Below are positions 1-13,100 of a stretch of 64,000 bases of DNA, one piece after another. The translations under genes were made by a program, and so were the position numbers. The stretch lies in assembly GCA_904063045.1 (NCBI GenBank), contig CAJFCJ010000019.1, positions 920,570-984,569 of the forward strand. The letters run 5' to 3'. Source of the DNA: Dimorphilus gyrociliatus. Taxonomy: Eukaryota > Animalia > Annelida. Below the pieces are notes generated by a model. It saw nothing but the letters and a program-made list of their open reading frames with translations, searched no databases and was not told where the DNA came from. The first letter of the stretch is position 1. Each line of letters starts with the position of its first letter.

Positions 1-3000
1 CTAACGAACATGACAGACGACTGATTTATTGTCTCAGAGAATATGGCTTAAAATGTTTATCCAACGACTTTCAAACGGAATTGGACGGGGTGAATACAGA
101 AATTAGATTAACTGATACTTTCTCCGATTGGACCCTAAAGCTAACATTAAAAATTTCTCGGCAAGACAGATTTTTTTCATATTTTACAAAGTTGCTGATT
201 GAATCGGAAACACTTAGACTAAAGATTCTTCCTTACCTACTTCATAATGTTTTTTCAAATTACAAGAAAAAAGAAAACTTAGCGGAGTGTAACGGCATCT
301 TCCGCGACACTCTTCAAAGCACGGTGGACTACTTGAGTAAAGCGAAATGCGTGTTAAACATTTTTAGTTATGTTACTGCTCAAAGCTACTTAGAAAATGT
401 TCAACAAGATTTTGAATATTTAAATATCGATTACAAGTTCCTAGCCAAAACTGCTTACAAATGTGGAATGTTTATGGATGCTATACGTTATTTAGAAATA
501 TGGTACAATTTAAACAATTGTACTATTAATTGTAATGAAGAACAGGATTACTTTTGTAATAAGAACATATCACAGTCTTTAAATGACAAATCAACAGAAA
601 ATCTACTGTTAAATTGCTTTTTAGCTCTAAAAGATGACTATGCAATTTACGCTTTCCGAAATACCTCTTCGCTAGAGGCAAGAGTTCATTCCTTTGAGAA
701 GGAAGGAAACTTTCACAAAGCTTTAGTTTTATATAATTCCATGTCACCAAATGATACATATCGAATTGCAGAAACATTAAATAAAATGTGCCTTCCTGGA
801 GTACTTGGTGACTATTTAAAACAAGCTAACATCGAGTCTGATGAGAAATTAAAATCTCTTCAAATGGAATCTGCCTGGAAGTGTGGACTTTGGGATAACA
901 TACCAAACGAAAAGAGCGATAATTTCCATTGGAATTTGGCTCAGGCCCTAAAGAATGTTAAGGATAAAGTTTCCAAAACTGACTATTTGCATTCAGCATT
1001 AAAATTGACCGTTGATGAATTCAAACAAAATTCGCTTGAACATTGTTGTATTCCTTATGAATTTTTATCGCGATTGCATTGCTTATACCTCGTTGAACAA
1101 GGTGAGAATGCTATCGTATATCAAGATTCGCTGACCAAATCACCTTTCGAAGTTCTGGAATCAATTTATAGTGTTAGGAAAATTTTATCGAATGATTTGG
1201 AATCAGTTTTACAAATAGCCAAGCTATCTGAAAGATGCCGGAGATTTGATTTTGCAGAAATGCATCTGCAAAAAGCTCTTCAGGGAAAACTAGAAAATAC
1301 CGATGCTTTTCAGTTACGATTACGACAGGCTAAAATATGGTGGGCCAAAGGTGAAAGGGAAATGGCTTGCGATAAAATAGAAGGAATTCTCAATGATTTA
1401 AAAATTGAAAATCAGTCTCCATCTCTTCAATTTTTAAGGGCTAGAAGTCTGCTGGAGGCAGCAAAATGGCTTGTGGAAACTCGTACAGAAATGTCATCTG
1501 TGATTATAGATCAATATTTAAGAAAAGCAGCTTCTATAATGGAGTCATATGGTGATATTAAAGGAAAAAAGCAGGCCTATCAAACTTTAGCAGAATTTGC
1601 CGATGATCATTATGTTGAATTATACGAATACACTAGATCATCTGCATTTGAAATGAAAAAAATACTTTTACAGCAGGCAAATGAAAGCTTACAAACCCAT
1701 TTGGCTGATACCTCAAGTCGCTTTAAGCGCGTTCTTAATAAACAGAGAGAACTCGATACAAATGAAATAGAAAGACAAAATACAGAAAAGAGAAATACGC
1801 TATTGCTCGCTTTGAAAAACTATGCAGAATGTTTACGACTTAGACAAGATAAAGACTTGAAAATTTTTCGTTTTGTTTCCTTATGGTTTGACACGCTCGA
1901 ACATGATGATGTCACTAAGCAGGTTTGATGTTATTTCTCTTCAGTCGAAATCAGTTAAAAAAAGACTATATGAATGTGTGTTTATATTTTCATAGGTTGC
2001 CCCCTACTTGGATGAAATATCAACGGATATTTTTTTACCCGTGTTTTATCAGATGGCAGCACGACTGAATTCGAATTCTAGGGTTTTCAAAACAGTTTTG
2101 TTTAGTTTAATTAAGAGATGCGTCGAAGAGCAGCCCTATCGTACAGTTTATATAATACTTGCTCTTCGTAATGCTCATATGGATGACGGAGAATCTTCTC
2201 AGGATGCTCTTGTTACCACTTCCGAACGCTTGATTAAGCAACTAAAACAGACAACAAGCACTATCGCGAAACTGATAGAGAACACGCAAAGGCTATGCGA
2301 AGGCTACATACAATTGGCAAATTACAAGGAATTTGATAAGTCTTCAAAGAAAGTTGCATTACCTGCATCTCTCTTAATCTCCAAATTACGTAATCTAGAT
2401 ATGGCTGCAGTCCCAACTATGAACATTGAATCCATGGGATCTCAAGTTATCACCGTTCGATGTTTTGAAAAGAATTTTTCTTTAGCGGGGGGTATTAATG
2501 TTCCGAAAATCATAACCTGCCTGGGGAGCGATGGGAATAGTTATCAGCAATTAGTGAAAGGAAATGATGATTTAAGACAGGATGCTGTTATGCAACAACT
2601 TTTTGGAGTGGTTAATCGCTTAGTTCAAGTTAGAAACATATCTCAATCTTGCGTTGCTACGTACAAGATTGTTCCGCTTTCCCAAAAGTCTGGAGTTTTA
2701 GAGTGGTGTAAAGACACAATACCTCTTGGTACATTTTTAGCGGACCCAAAAACCGGGGCGCATATGCGTTATAGACCACAAGATTTTTCTGCGCTAGAAT
2801 GTCGAAAAAGACTTCAAAAAAGTCATAGAAGTTCAAATGAGGAAAAGTTTTCGGTTTTTATGACAGTTTGTAAAAACTTTAAACCCGTTATGCGTTATTT
2901 TTTCTTTGAAAATTGGAAAACAGGTGAAAGTTGGTGGCTTAAGCAATCAGCATATATTCGAAGTATAGCAATTAATTCAATGGTTGGATATATAGTTGGG

Positions 3001-3501
3001 TTGGGCGACAGGCACGTTCAGAATATTCTTATTAATAAAATTACCGCTGAAGTTGTTCACATAGATTTTGGAGTTGCCTTTGAGCAAGGCATGATTTTAC
3101 CGACACCAGAAACTGTTCCCTTTCGACTAACTCGAGATATTGTTGATGGTATGGGTATAACAGGAGTCGATGGAGCGTTTACAAAGTGTTGCGAAGAAAA
3201 TTTATCTGTATTGAAAGAATTCTATAGAACTTTATTATGCGTTGTTGAGGTTTTCTTACACGATCCACTCTGTGATTGGAAACTTTCACCAACTCAAGAA
3301 AAACAATTAGAAAGAAGTGAAATCTCTTCAACCAATAAACAAGTAGCGGAAAGAGCCTTATTACGTATTCGGCAAAAGTTACAAGGCACAGAAAACGGTG
3401 TTTCTTTAAGCGTAAAAGGACAAGTCCAGATGCTTATTAAACAGGCAATGAACCCTCGAAATCTATCAAGACTCTTCCCCGGCTGGCAACCATATCTTTA
3501 A
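1..3501 (+). CDS. ATM: Serine-protein kinase ATM, 3' portion (FAT, PI3K-like kinase, FATC); gene starts left of the window
   Basis: Frame is open from base 3. One intron 1923-1995 (GT..AG, phase 0) joins ORF 81..1928 to ORF 2008..3501. Kinase motifs LVKGNDDLRQD, GLGDRHVQNILI, HIDFGVAFEQG, PETVPFRLTRD. FATC ending NLSRLFPGWQPYL* is ATM-type. Confidence 0.95.
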
Positions 3502-3983
3502 ACAAAGTGTTAAAAAAAATGTTGTTTTTCCATGTATCGCTAAACGATTGATTTTTTTTTTAAAATAAGATACTTTCTACAACACGTTTGTCTTGAACAG
3601 AAAAAAAAACAAATAAAATATAATCTATTAGCTGGCTTATACATTACATTCCCCTATACGCTTTATACTATACTATAAAATCTATATACTGTATATATGC
3701 TATATATTAATACATTTATTCATCACTTCTGATTCAGAAAGCCGAAATAGCTAAAAAAGAATATTGGAAAACTCAAAAATCTTATTCCGTTATACGCATA
3801 TTTATAAGAAGAACGCGATGACTATACGAAAAATTTATTGATGAATTCTTGAACAGTCACAGATCTGAGAAGGAGAGAGAAATAAAAACTCGACTATTAA
3901 TCGTTAAAGCAGATAGTCAATTTTTTTTACATAAGAAAAAATTTAAGAAATCATTTAAATTTCGATAAGTTTGAACATTAATG

Positions 3984-3994
3984 GCGCACGCGCA
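3984..3994. promoter_or_regulatory. NRF1-like motif GCGCACGCGCA upstream of usherin
   Basis: GC-rich near-palindrome in AT-rich intergenic DNA ~185 bp before the usherin ATG. A probable 5'UTR intron acceptor lies at 4142. Confidence 0.4.
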
Positions 3995-4177
3995 ACACAC
4001 TTTTAATTTACATTTATCGATTATAAGCGGGATGCTGTTTGAATCAATCAACTTGGATTGACTGATTAGTCAGATGTATCCACACCGCAAGATGAGACTG
4101 TTATATTTATTTTGTCTAAATTTAAATTTTTACTATTTTTAGTTGTTTCTATTGTGATTTTTTTTTACATTTGGATA

Positions 4178-7100
4178 ATGATTAAGCATTTGGACACAGT
4201 ATTGTTATTTTTCATTATTTTTTCAACGGATAACTGCTTTTCCCAACAAACGGTTAGACCCTTTCCATCGTTGAGAAACTTGGCAAAAACGAAAAAAATT
4301 TCTACCGTACCTTCGGATGCAACTTGTGGTTCTGGTCAACGAGAAGCTTTTTGTCTTAGCTCAGTCATCGAAGAATCAATTACTACGTGTAAACAAGGAT
4401 TTTGCTCTCAGGCTTGTCCTTATAGGTCATCTATTGTAAAAGACTATTTAGACTTGTTCAAAGCATCCGGCTTTGATCTTTGCGTAAGTAGAACAAAAAA
4501 AACAAAAAAGAAGATACTTTAACTAAATGTAAACTTAAAAAAACTGTTCCTTAACAATTTAACAAATGATCAGGTAACGGCAGATACAGTAAATAAACGC
4601 CCCAATAGTAATTCGGGTTTCTCGGCCGTTTTTAAAGATGATCCCAAGTGCACCCTAATACCAGCGGATACAATTTTAATTCAGACAACAGCATCCTTTA
4701 CATTTACATCATGGGCATGGTTGAACAGCGACGTTTCTGGGTAGGTAGAGGGCTATTTTCTATTATATATGTTTTTTATACTTCAATAGGGCAACACCTG
4801 GCCACGCGTGCATAGTTTATTCAGGGTGAATCAGCCTCATTTCGCATATGCTGTATTTTTTTTTATTATTATTCTTACTTTATAGATTTTGTCATAAAAT
4901 TGTTGTCATATTTTCCCTTTTATTTAATAATTATAATAGAGTATTTTATATAATCTATCTTTATTAATATTTTTCAATTTGCTCTTCTTGTTTTTCTGTT
5001 TTTTAGAAGCTTGTTTGAGAAGTACGATCATAATAGTAGAGAAACAATCATTAAGATTACTATATCGCCAACAACATTGATATTTACTTATAAAACGTCA
5101 ACTTCGATCAAAGCATTAAACTTTCCTATTCAATTAGAAAAGAAAAAATGGACATTCATCGCTTTACAGGTTTATATGATTAAAATTCAACTTTACTAAT
5201 GTAGCTATTGTCGATATATAGTCCAATTTCTTCTTACTTTTTACATTACGCATGGGAATTGGAACTGCCGATGGAAATTTTAATTATTTAAATAGAAATT
5301 ATATATGTTTCTTTCCTTATATTGTTTTCTTTTTATTAAATAGGTCTACGAATTATCCGCTAGTTTGTTTATCAATGGAGGATTAGATTTATTTTCGGCA
5401 ACTCAAACAATATTCCTCGATAGTTCTATTGTTGATAAAGGTGGAACTAGTAAAATTGGTCAAAATTCTATGGGAAATGAACAATTTGTGGGTCGATTAC
5501 AAGATATTTATTTTTATCATCAAGTTCTTACAAATAGAGAGATTATTGAATTATATACGGGTAAATTACCAGAAATTCCTACTCAGACCAAGTGTCGTTG
5601 TCCTCCAGATTATCCAAGGGTTAAACCTTTCTTCGATCATTTATGCATCAAGAATGGATTTCCTGACGATACAAGTAATTAATTTTTCCATTAGAATATT
5701 CCTTTCTAATTCTATTTGTATTTTTTCTTTGTTTTTTTCAATCAATTCCATCGTTATTCAAGCCAATACCAAGTTAAGAATTAACGAATTCGCTAGGCCT
5801 ACCTCTTATATGACTGATGGAAATAGTAACTCCTTTTGGATATCTACCTTTATAGAGGATGTTACTATAGAGGTACATTTGGGTGACAGTTTCGAGGTTT
5901 TCTACGTGATTTTGCAGTTTTATAGTCCGTTGCCAAAAGTAATAACAATTGAAAAAAAGTCAACGGCAGATTCTTTAGTTTGGACCAAGTGGCAACTGTA
6001 CTCCTATGATTGTTTGAAAGTGTTTGGTGTGCCTAATAACGGACCTCTTAGTGTACCAGATGCTGTAAATTGTTTGCAATTGGGCACGTAAGTATTTCTC
6101 TACACAATAATCAAGCTATTATAAAATGTATAAATTCGATTATCGGAAACAGTCGAGGCTTAACAACTCCTTTATCTAAGGGAAGCATCACATTTGGTCT
6201 TCTTGCGTCAGAACCTGTTGCTAGGCCGGGATATAATGACTACTACGGTACACCTTCGCTCTTTAGTTTTGTTAAAGCGGCAGCAGTTCGAATAAGAATG
6301 CAAGAGCATTATTCAGTAACCAATAAAAGACACAAGTACTATGGAATCTCCGAATTTATAGTAACCGGAAGATGCGACTGCAACGGACACGCCTCCACGT
6401 GTGACATGACTAAAAAACCCTACGTCTGCTCTTGTGAAACTTCGAGTTTTACAGAAGGACTTAAGGTCACTAACCCCTCTATTTTTATCAAAAAGTTCTT
6501 TTTGTGATTTTACGAATAATTTTGCAGTGTGACAGATGCAAGGCCATGTATAATAAGAAACCGTTTAGGCGTGGTAATCAAAGGTTGGCCTACAATTGTC
6601 AACCTTGTGAATGTCATTCTCATGCTACATCTTGCGTTTATAATGCAACCGTCGACCCATTTCCAAACGATTTCGAATTAGGTGATGGAGGCGTTTGCGT
6701 AAATTGCCAACATTTTACCGAGGGTCAGCATTGTGATACTTGTAAAATGGGATATTTTCGACCGATTGGAAGGAGTTTATCGGCAACAAACGTTTGCGAA
6801 TTATGCAATTGCTTCCCTGCTGGCGTAGAACAGTCGAATCTAGAATGCAAAAAAGTTGGCGGTCAATGCAGTTGTAAACAGAATGTTGGTAAACGCCAAT
6901 GTAATGAATGTAAAGATGGTTATTACAATTTAAGATCTGCTAATCCTTTGGGCTGTGAACCGTGCTCCTGCGATAAAAGGGGGGTCATAGATGCTAATTC
7001 TGGCACGTTACCAAAGTGCAGCCCTGAAAAAGGCTCTTGTAAATGTAAAGCAAACGTTATGGGTAAAATTTCAGTAAACAAAAATATATTATCTTCTAAT

Positions 7101-10100
7101 TTACTATTGTTCTAAATTATAAACAGAGAAAAGATGTGACAAATGTAAATACGGTTATTACAATTTAGACGCTTCCAATCCATCGGGTTGTAGTCCTTGC
7201 AATTGCGATCCCCTAGGGTCAACTAGCCAATTTTGCGATCCCATAACGGGGAACTGTAAATGTAAAGATCGATTCGGAGGCCGAACTTGCTCTGATTGTT
7301 CTACTGGTTATTATGATAAATTGAACGGGTGTAAAGCCTGCAGTTGTTCAACACTGGGCTCTAAGAGCTCCATTTGCGATACCTCAACTGGTCAATGCAA
7401 TTGTAAAACTTTTGTTGAAGGAAGGGCCTGTGATGCGTGTAAAACGGGTTATTTCAACCTTGGTAGTGATCCACATTTTGGTTGTGCAGGGTGTGAATGT
7501 GTTCCTGAAGGAACGAGAGGTTCTGCCAGTGTATGTGATAAAGTTACGGGAGGATGTGCGTGCAAATTGTTCGTTCAGGGTAGGACATGTAATAAATGCA
7601 CACCGAACGCTTATGGACTATCAGGCTCAAAGTTTCTGGGTTGTACATTATGTAATTGTGATACGACTGGAACAGTTAATGGAGACATCCTGACAAGCGA
7701 TGATATACCGTGCGATGATACATCTGGTCAATGTGCTTGCCTAAGTAAAAGACTGGGAAGAAAGTGTGATTCCTGCGAGAGTGGCTACTACCGAGGTAAA
7801 AAGAATGGAGAGGGCTGTCTGCTTTGCAATTGTTTGACAATCACAACTGAAGTTGGTACAACATGCAACGAACAAACTGGCCAATGTGCGTGCCTAGCTG
7901 GAAAAGGTCTTGGAGGAAGAACATGCAATGCTTGTATTCCAAAGTTTTACGGTTTCAAATTAGATAGCTCTGAGCCGTGTAAACCTTGTAATTGTCATTC
8001 GGCCGGTTCTATCAGTGAGGTTTGCGATTCCCAAAGCGGTCAATGTGAATGTAAATTATTAACACAAGGTAGAGATTGTAGTGACTGTAAACCAGGTTCA
8101 AGTCGTTTAGATGCCACTAATCCGGCGGGATGTAGTAAAGCACCCTATCAACAACCTCCTCCAGACGCTGAGGCACTATCGCCAACTTCTCTAAAACTAA
8201 CCTGGACACCTCCAGACGAACCAAATGGCGTTATATCAAGATATGTTGTATATCGAAATGAGAAAATGATAGCAAACACATCTGCAACGGAATATGTTGA
8301 TACTGACTTACAGCCATACACTATTTACTCTTACGTAGTTGAAGCAATAAATGTTGCTGGAAGTACCAGGAGTACAACAGTGTTACATCGTACTCCTGCC
8401 GCTGTGCCATCAAATGATATAATCTTGTCCATATTTGATGTTACTTCCTCACGTGCCACCTTTAGTTGGACGGAACCAAGCTCGACCAATGGTCCTATCT
8501 CGCTCTATAGACTAATGGCTAAGCTTGACGATAAAGAGGTATGTTTTTATAAATGGTTATCTAAGACAACACATTGTTTTTATCTGTTTTTAGATTATAT
8601 TATGGTCTGGTAACTCTCTTAAAGCAACTGTTAAAACGCTCCAGGCATATTCCAGATATTATGTAACGGTATCTGCTTGCACTTTAACGGGATGTAACAA
8701 AACAGAGCCTGTTGAATTAATAACAAGAGAAGCTGAACCTTTAAGTCAGCCTCTTCCAAACGTTGTGCCAAAGTCGGCAACATCGTTTCTAATTGAGTGG
8801 AAACCTCCAAAGTTTCCTAACGGTATAATTATCGGGTTCGAAGTATTTCAAAGATGTGCGGATAAATCAAGAAGTGAATGCAAACAGCATAGAATATTCT
8901 CGACAAAGGGCCAATATGATCCACTAGCTCCTCCAGGTGGTCAGAGTTCACTTCCTCCACCAGCTATGAATTATACTGTGACTGATTTAACATCTTTCTA
9001 TACATATGAGTATCAAATTTTATCTGAAAATGCAATAGGTAAAACGGCTAGTGAATGGATTTCAGCAACAACTCTTCAAAACATTCCCATCAATATGTCT
9101 CAACCAATAATAACTGCTTTAAACGAAACAGCACTAAACATTACTTGGTCCGAACCAAAATTGAGTATAGTAAGAGGAATTGTTGTCAATTATAAGTTAT
9201 ATTTTAAAAGTGAAAACGATCCGGAAAGAAACCCCTTCGCTCCTCCTTTCCTATGGATTGTAAGTTTTTAAGTACCTCATTCAAGTGGACTATACTAAAC
9301 ATATAAATATTTTACTTTTAAGCTTGTATTTCAAGGTTCTTCTTCGGATTTCACTTTTGTTACAGGAGGATTACAACCATATGAGAAATATTATTACATT
9401 GTAGAAGTTTGTAATTCGGTTGGCTGTGCTAATAGTTCATCAACTGAAGGATTAACTGCTGCAGCTGCTCCAGAACAATTAGAAAGACCTATTGTGAACG
9501 GATTAAATTCAACAGCTATCAAATTAGAATGGAAATTGCCTTTAAAACCAAATGGACCTAATCCAAGATATGTGTTAAGACGATTCATTCCTTCTTTTAA
9601 TCAGCCTCCACAGCGAGTAGTTAAAGGAACAAGATTCCCTGGTACGGGATATTATGAGTTTCCACCAGATGTTGTTCCGCAGGGAGTTGGTTTTCTTGGT
9701 TTTGATTTATGGTTTCGAACAAATTCGCCTTTCGGTTTGATTATTGGTGCCTTATCAGGTGGTAACCAAGAAGAGATGTTTGCTGTTCAACTAGTTAGGA
9801 AAAGGCCGTGGTTCATCTTTGATCCTCAGGATTGTTTGTCAACAGTAACACCAACGAACGACGAAGGTCTTCCGTACTATGATGGCAAATGGCATCATCT
9901 GTATGCGGTAAGAGAAGGTAAGCGAGGTTATTTGAGAATCGATGGAAGGTGGATTGGAGAAAGAACTGCAAATTGCGGTCCGGGTAGTGGAAGTGTCATT
10001 GGTAATAATACGGGCGTCTACGTAGGAGGCTTACCGGACGATTTTGTTATGAGAAGGAAACTAAACCTCAAAGATGATAGAGAAAACGTAAGTAAATATA

Positions 10101-13100
10101 CAGTATATATTATATATCTTACATATAAAAATGAATCTCTGTCGTAGTAATTAGAAGCTTTTAGCTTAATTACTCATTCAATAACATTGCATTAGACTTT
10201 TAATTGTTTTAATGAACGTTAGTCATATTGAAGACGCGCAATAATGGATAACACGAGTAATATTTTTATAACGTGAAAGCTATGTTAAGCATATTTCTAC
10301 TGAAGCAAATCCATAAAGTTAATAACTCCCCTGTTCCGATTGACTCTTTTAGCACGCAACTCTTCGTACAGAGGTTAGACTCTGTTTAATGCACTACTTA
10401 ACAAAGAATATATAGCCTTGTTAACACAAATATCAGTTCTAATTGAACGTCATGAATTGTACTTAAAACCAAAACGATGACTAATCACACTCATTCATCT
10501 TGAAGCATACTCAACGATTGATTATTAAATATAAGTCATACTAAAATATCTAAATATGTCAACTAACTAGTTAAGCTATGTAACGTTATATGCTCTTTAT
10601 GTAACCCTGTGGTATTTAATAGATTTTCTTGTTGACCTAATTTCCCCCTGGGATCATGCACGTGTTTCTTTAAAAAAAAAATTTAAAAAATCATGTCCTA
10701 ATTGACTTTCGAAATTGGAGACGGAGCGTCTTGGGCTTCTATAGGACAATGTCTAATTCAATTTCCCACCATTAAGAACACGGAACGGAAATCGGATGTC
10801 TTCTACTCAGTAATTTCCGTTTTAAAAGATCGGTGTACTACCTCTTTTAATGGACTTTTTATAGACTTACCAAAAAAGTAGTTTCACCTTTTCTTTCTTT
10901 GTTATTATATAAAGTCGTCTACTTTATGAAGGAGTAGGCCTAATGATAATTATAGAGACAGTACAGTGTACACAGTATTCAACTAAAAAAAGACTATATA
11001 GTTCATTTTATCTATTTTTAAAAGAGTATATAGACATAACTGTAGTTTTTTTCTTTCTCTTTATATTTGTATAGCTTCAGCAAGCACACTTTTCCGGTTG
11101 CATTCGGGATGTAAAAATTCTGTTCAGGAAGACGCCTACGGAGGATTGGCGTCTACTTGATTGGAACAATGCGATAAGGCATCAAAAAGCTGCGCTTAAT
11201 TGGGAAGGCTGTCCCGAATATCTACCAGATAACGAGCAATCACGATCCTTTCATTTTCTTGGAACTGGTTATGTATCATTTAAAAAAGAACTCTTTCCTA
11301 ATGCCACAGATTGGATTGTTGAATTGAATATAGTATCCCGAAAGAAAAATGGTCTTGTTTTCTTTATTCATTCAAAGGCTAGTTACGTATTACTTGAATT
11401 GTTTGATGGTTTTCTAAATTATAAATTTAAGAACGATAAGGTAAAAAAACAAATAGAAATTTAATCAAAATAAATCTCTTCCTCGTCCTTCGTCCTCAGA
11501 TTTATCAGAATATAACCATGAAAGAGAAATATCTATGCGACGGTGGTTCATATTTACTAAGGTTAAGCCTATTAAATGGCAATCTTCAAGTTAGAATAAC
11601 TGGTGTAGCATCAGTCAGGAAATTCGTGCCAGTTATTAATCCTCCAACATTCTTTAATTCTCCAATATACTTTGGTGGTATTAAAGAGAACTCAGCTGCA
11701 GAGAAATTTCTAAAGGAGAATGAAATGGATTACGTTCTGGAAAATCATTTTTACGGATGCATGCAACAATTGACTATTAATTATAAACGTATTAGCGCAG
11801 ATTCGGCTTTTGATTCATTAAATGTTAATTTAGACACCTGCCCACCAATTAATAGCAAAAAAAGGGACAATTCTACATGCAATATATCTACAACAGAAGT
11901 AATATACAATGGTACAAATACTTCAGCAATTGATTTCAACTTACAACCTTTCTCTGGTAGGATTAATTTACCTTTTACCTATTCTATGTCATTATTTATT
12001 ATGTTTTTGTTCTAAATAATTAGAATATTTATATCAAGTTGAAGCTATTAATAACGAGGGTAGCACTAAAACTGAATGGACTAGAGGTAGAACAAAAGAG
12101 TGGTGTACGTAATAGTATTCTTTATATTTTATACAAACTTTTCATTTAGTATTTTCTTTCTTCTCTATTATATTTTTATTTACAGATCCTGAAAATGTTG
12201 AAAAACCTGCTATCTTAAAGGCTATTAACGGTTTTACAATATTAGCTGAATGGACGAGACCTGAAAGTTTCACTGGTCGTATTCTTTATTACTTGATTAA
12301 AGCTTACATAGTGAAACCATTAAGTCCTACATTTGCTGTTGATAAGCTCAATAGTCCATTTGAGGCACGATTAGAAATAATAAGCGGGGAGGAAATTCTT
12401 TGGGTTAACGTGACTGATGTCATTCCAGACTATCGGTACAATGTCACTGTTACTGCATGTACTGTTGTTGGCTGTATTGAAAGCGATGAAGGTGTGGAAA
12501 TTGACACGCCTGAGGAGGCACCATCAAATGTTTCTCCACCGGAACTTGTTAGCGTTCAAAGTGATTCTATATCCATTAAATGGCTTCAACCAAAGAGACC
12601 AAATGGTCATTTAACTGGTTATATATTGTATAATAATGGGAAGAGAGTATATAGTGGAAACGAGAGGAGTTTTACTTTAACAGGTCTTCAAGTTTATGCA
12701 ACGTATATTATACGGATTGAAGCTTGTACAAAAGTAGGTTGCACATCAAGCGCAGAATTTAAAGTTGGAACCGCTCAACTACCTCCATCACAACCTGATA
12801 AACCTATCCTCACAATTTTGGGTACCAATCGTTTAAGAGTCGAATGGAAAACACCTACGCAATTAAATGGAGTACTAAATCGTTACCTAGTTTACTTATC
12901 GACTCAGCCAAACCTTAATGGGAGTTTAGCCTATAATAGTACGAATTTATTTACGTTTACCACATTAACAAATTTGGAAGGAGGAATATTATACTATGTC
13001 AGAGTTGGAGCATGTACATTTGGAGGTTGCTCTATAAGTCAATCGTCATCCGCGAAAACGGAAGAAAGCGCTCCCGATGGAATAGTTAACCCGAACGTTA

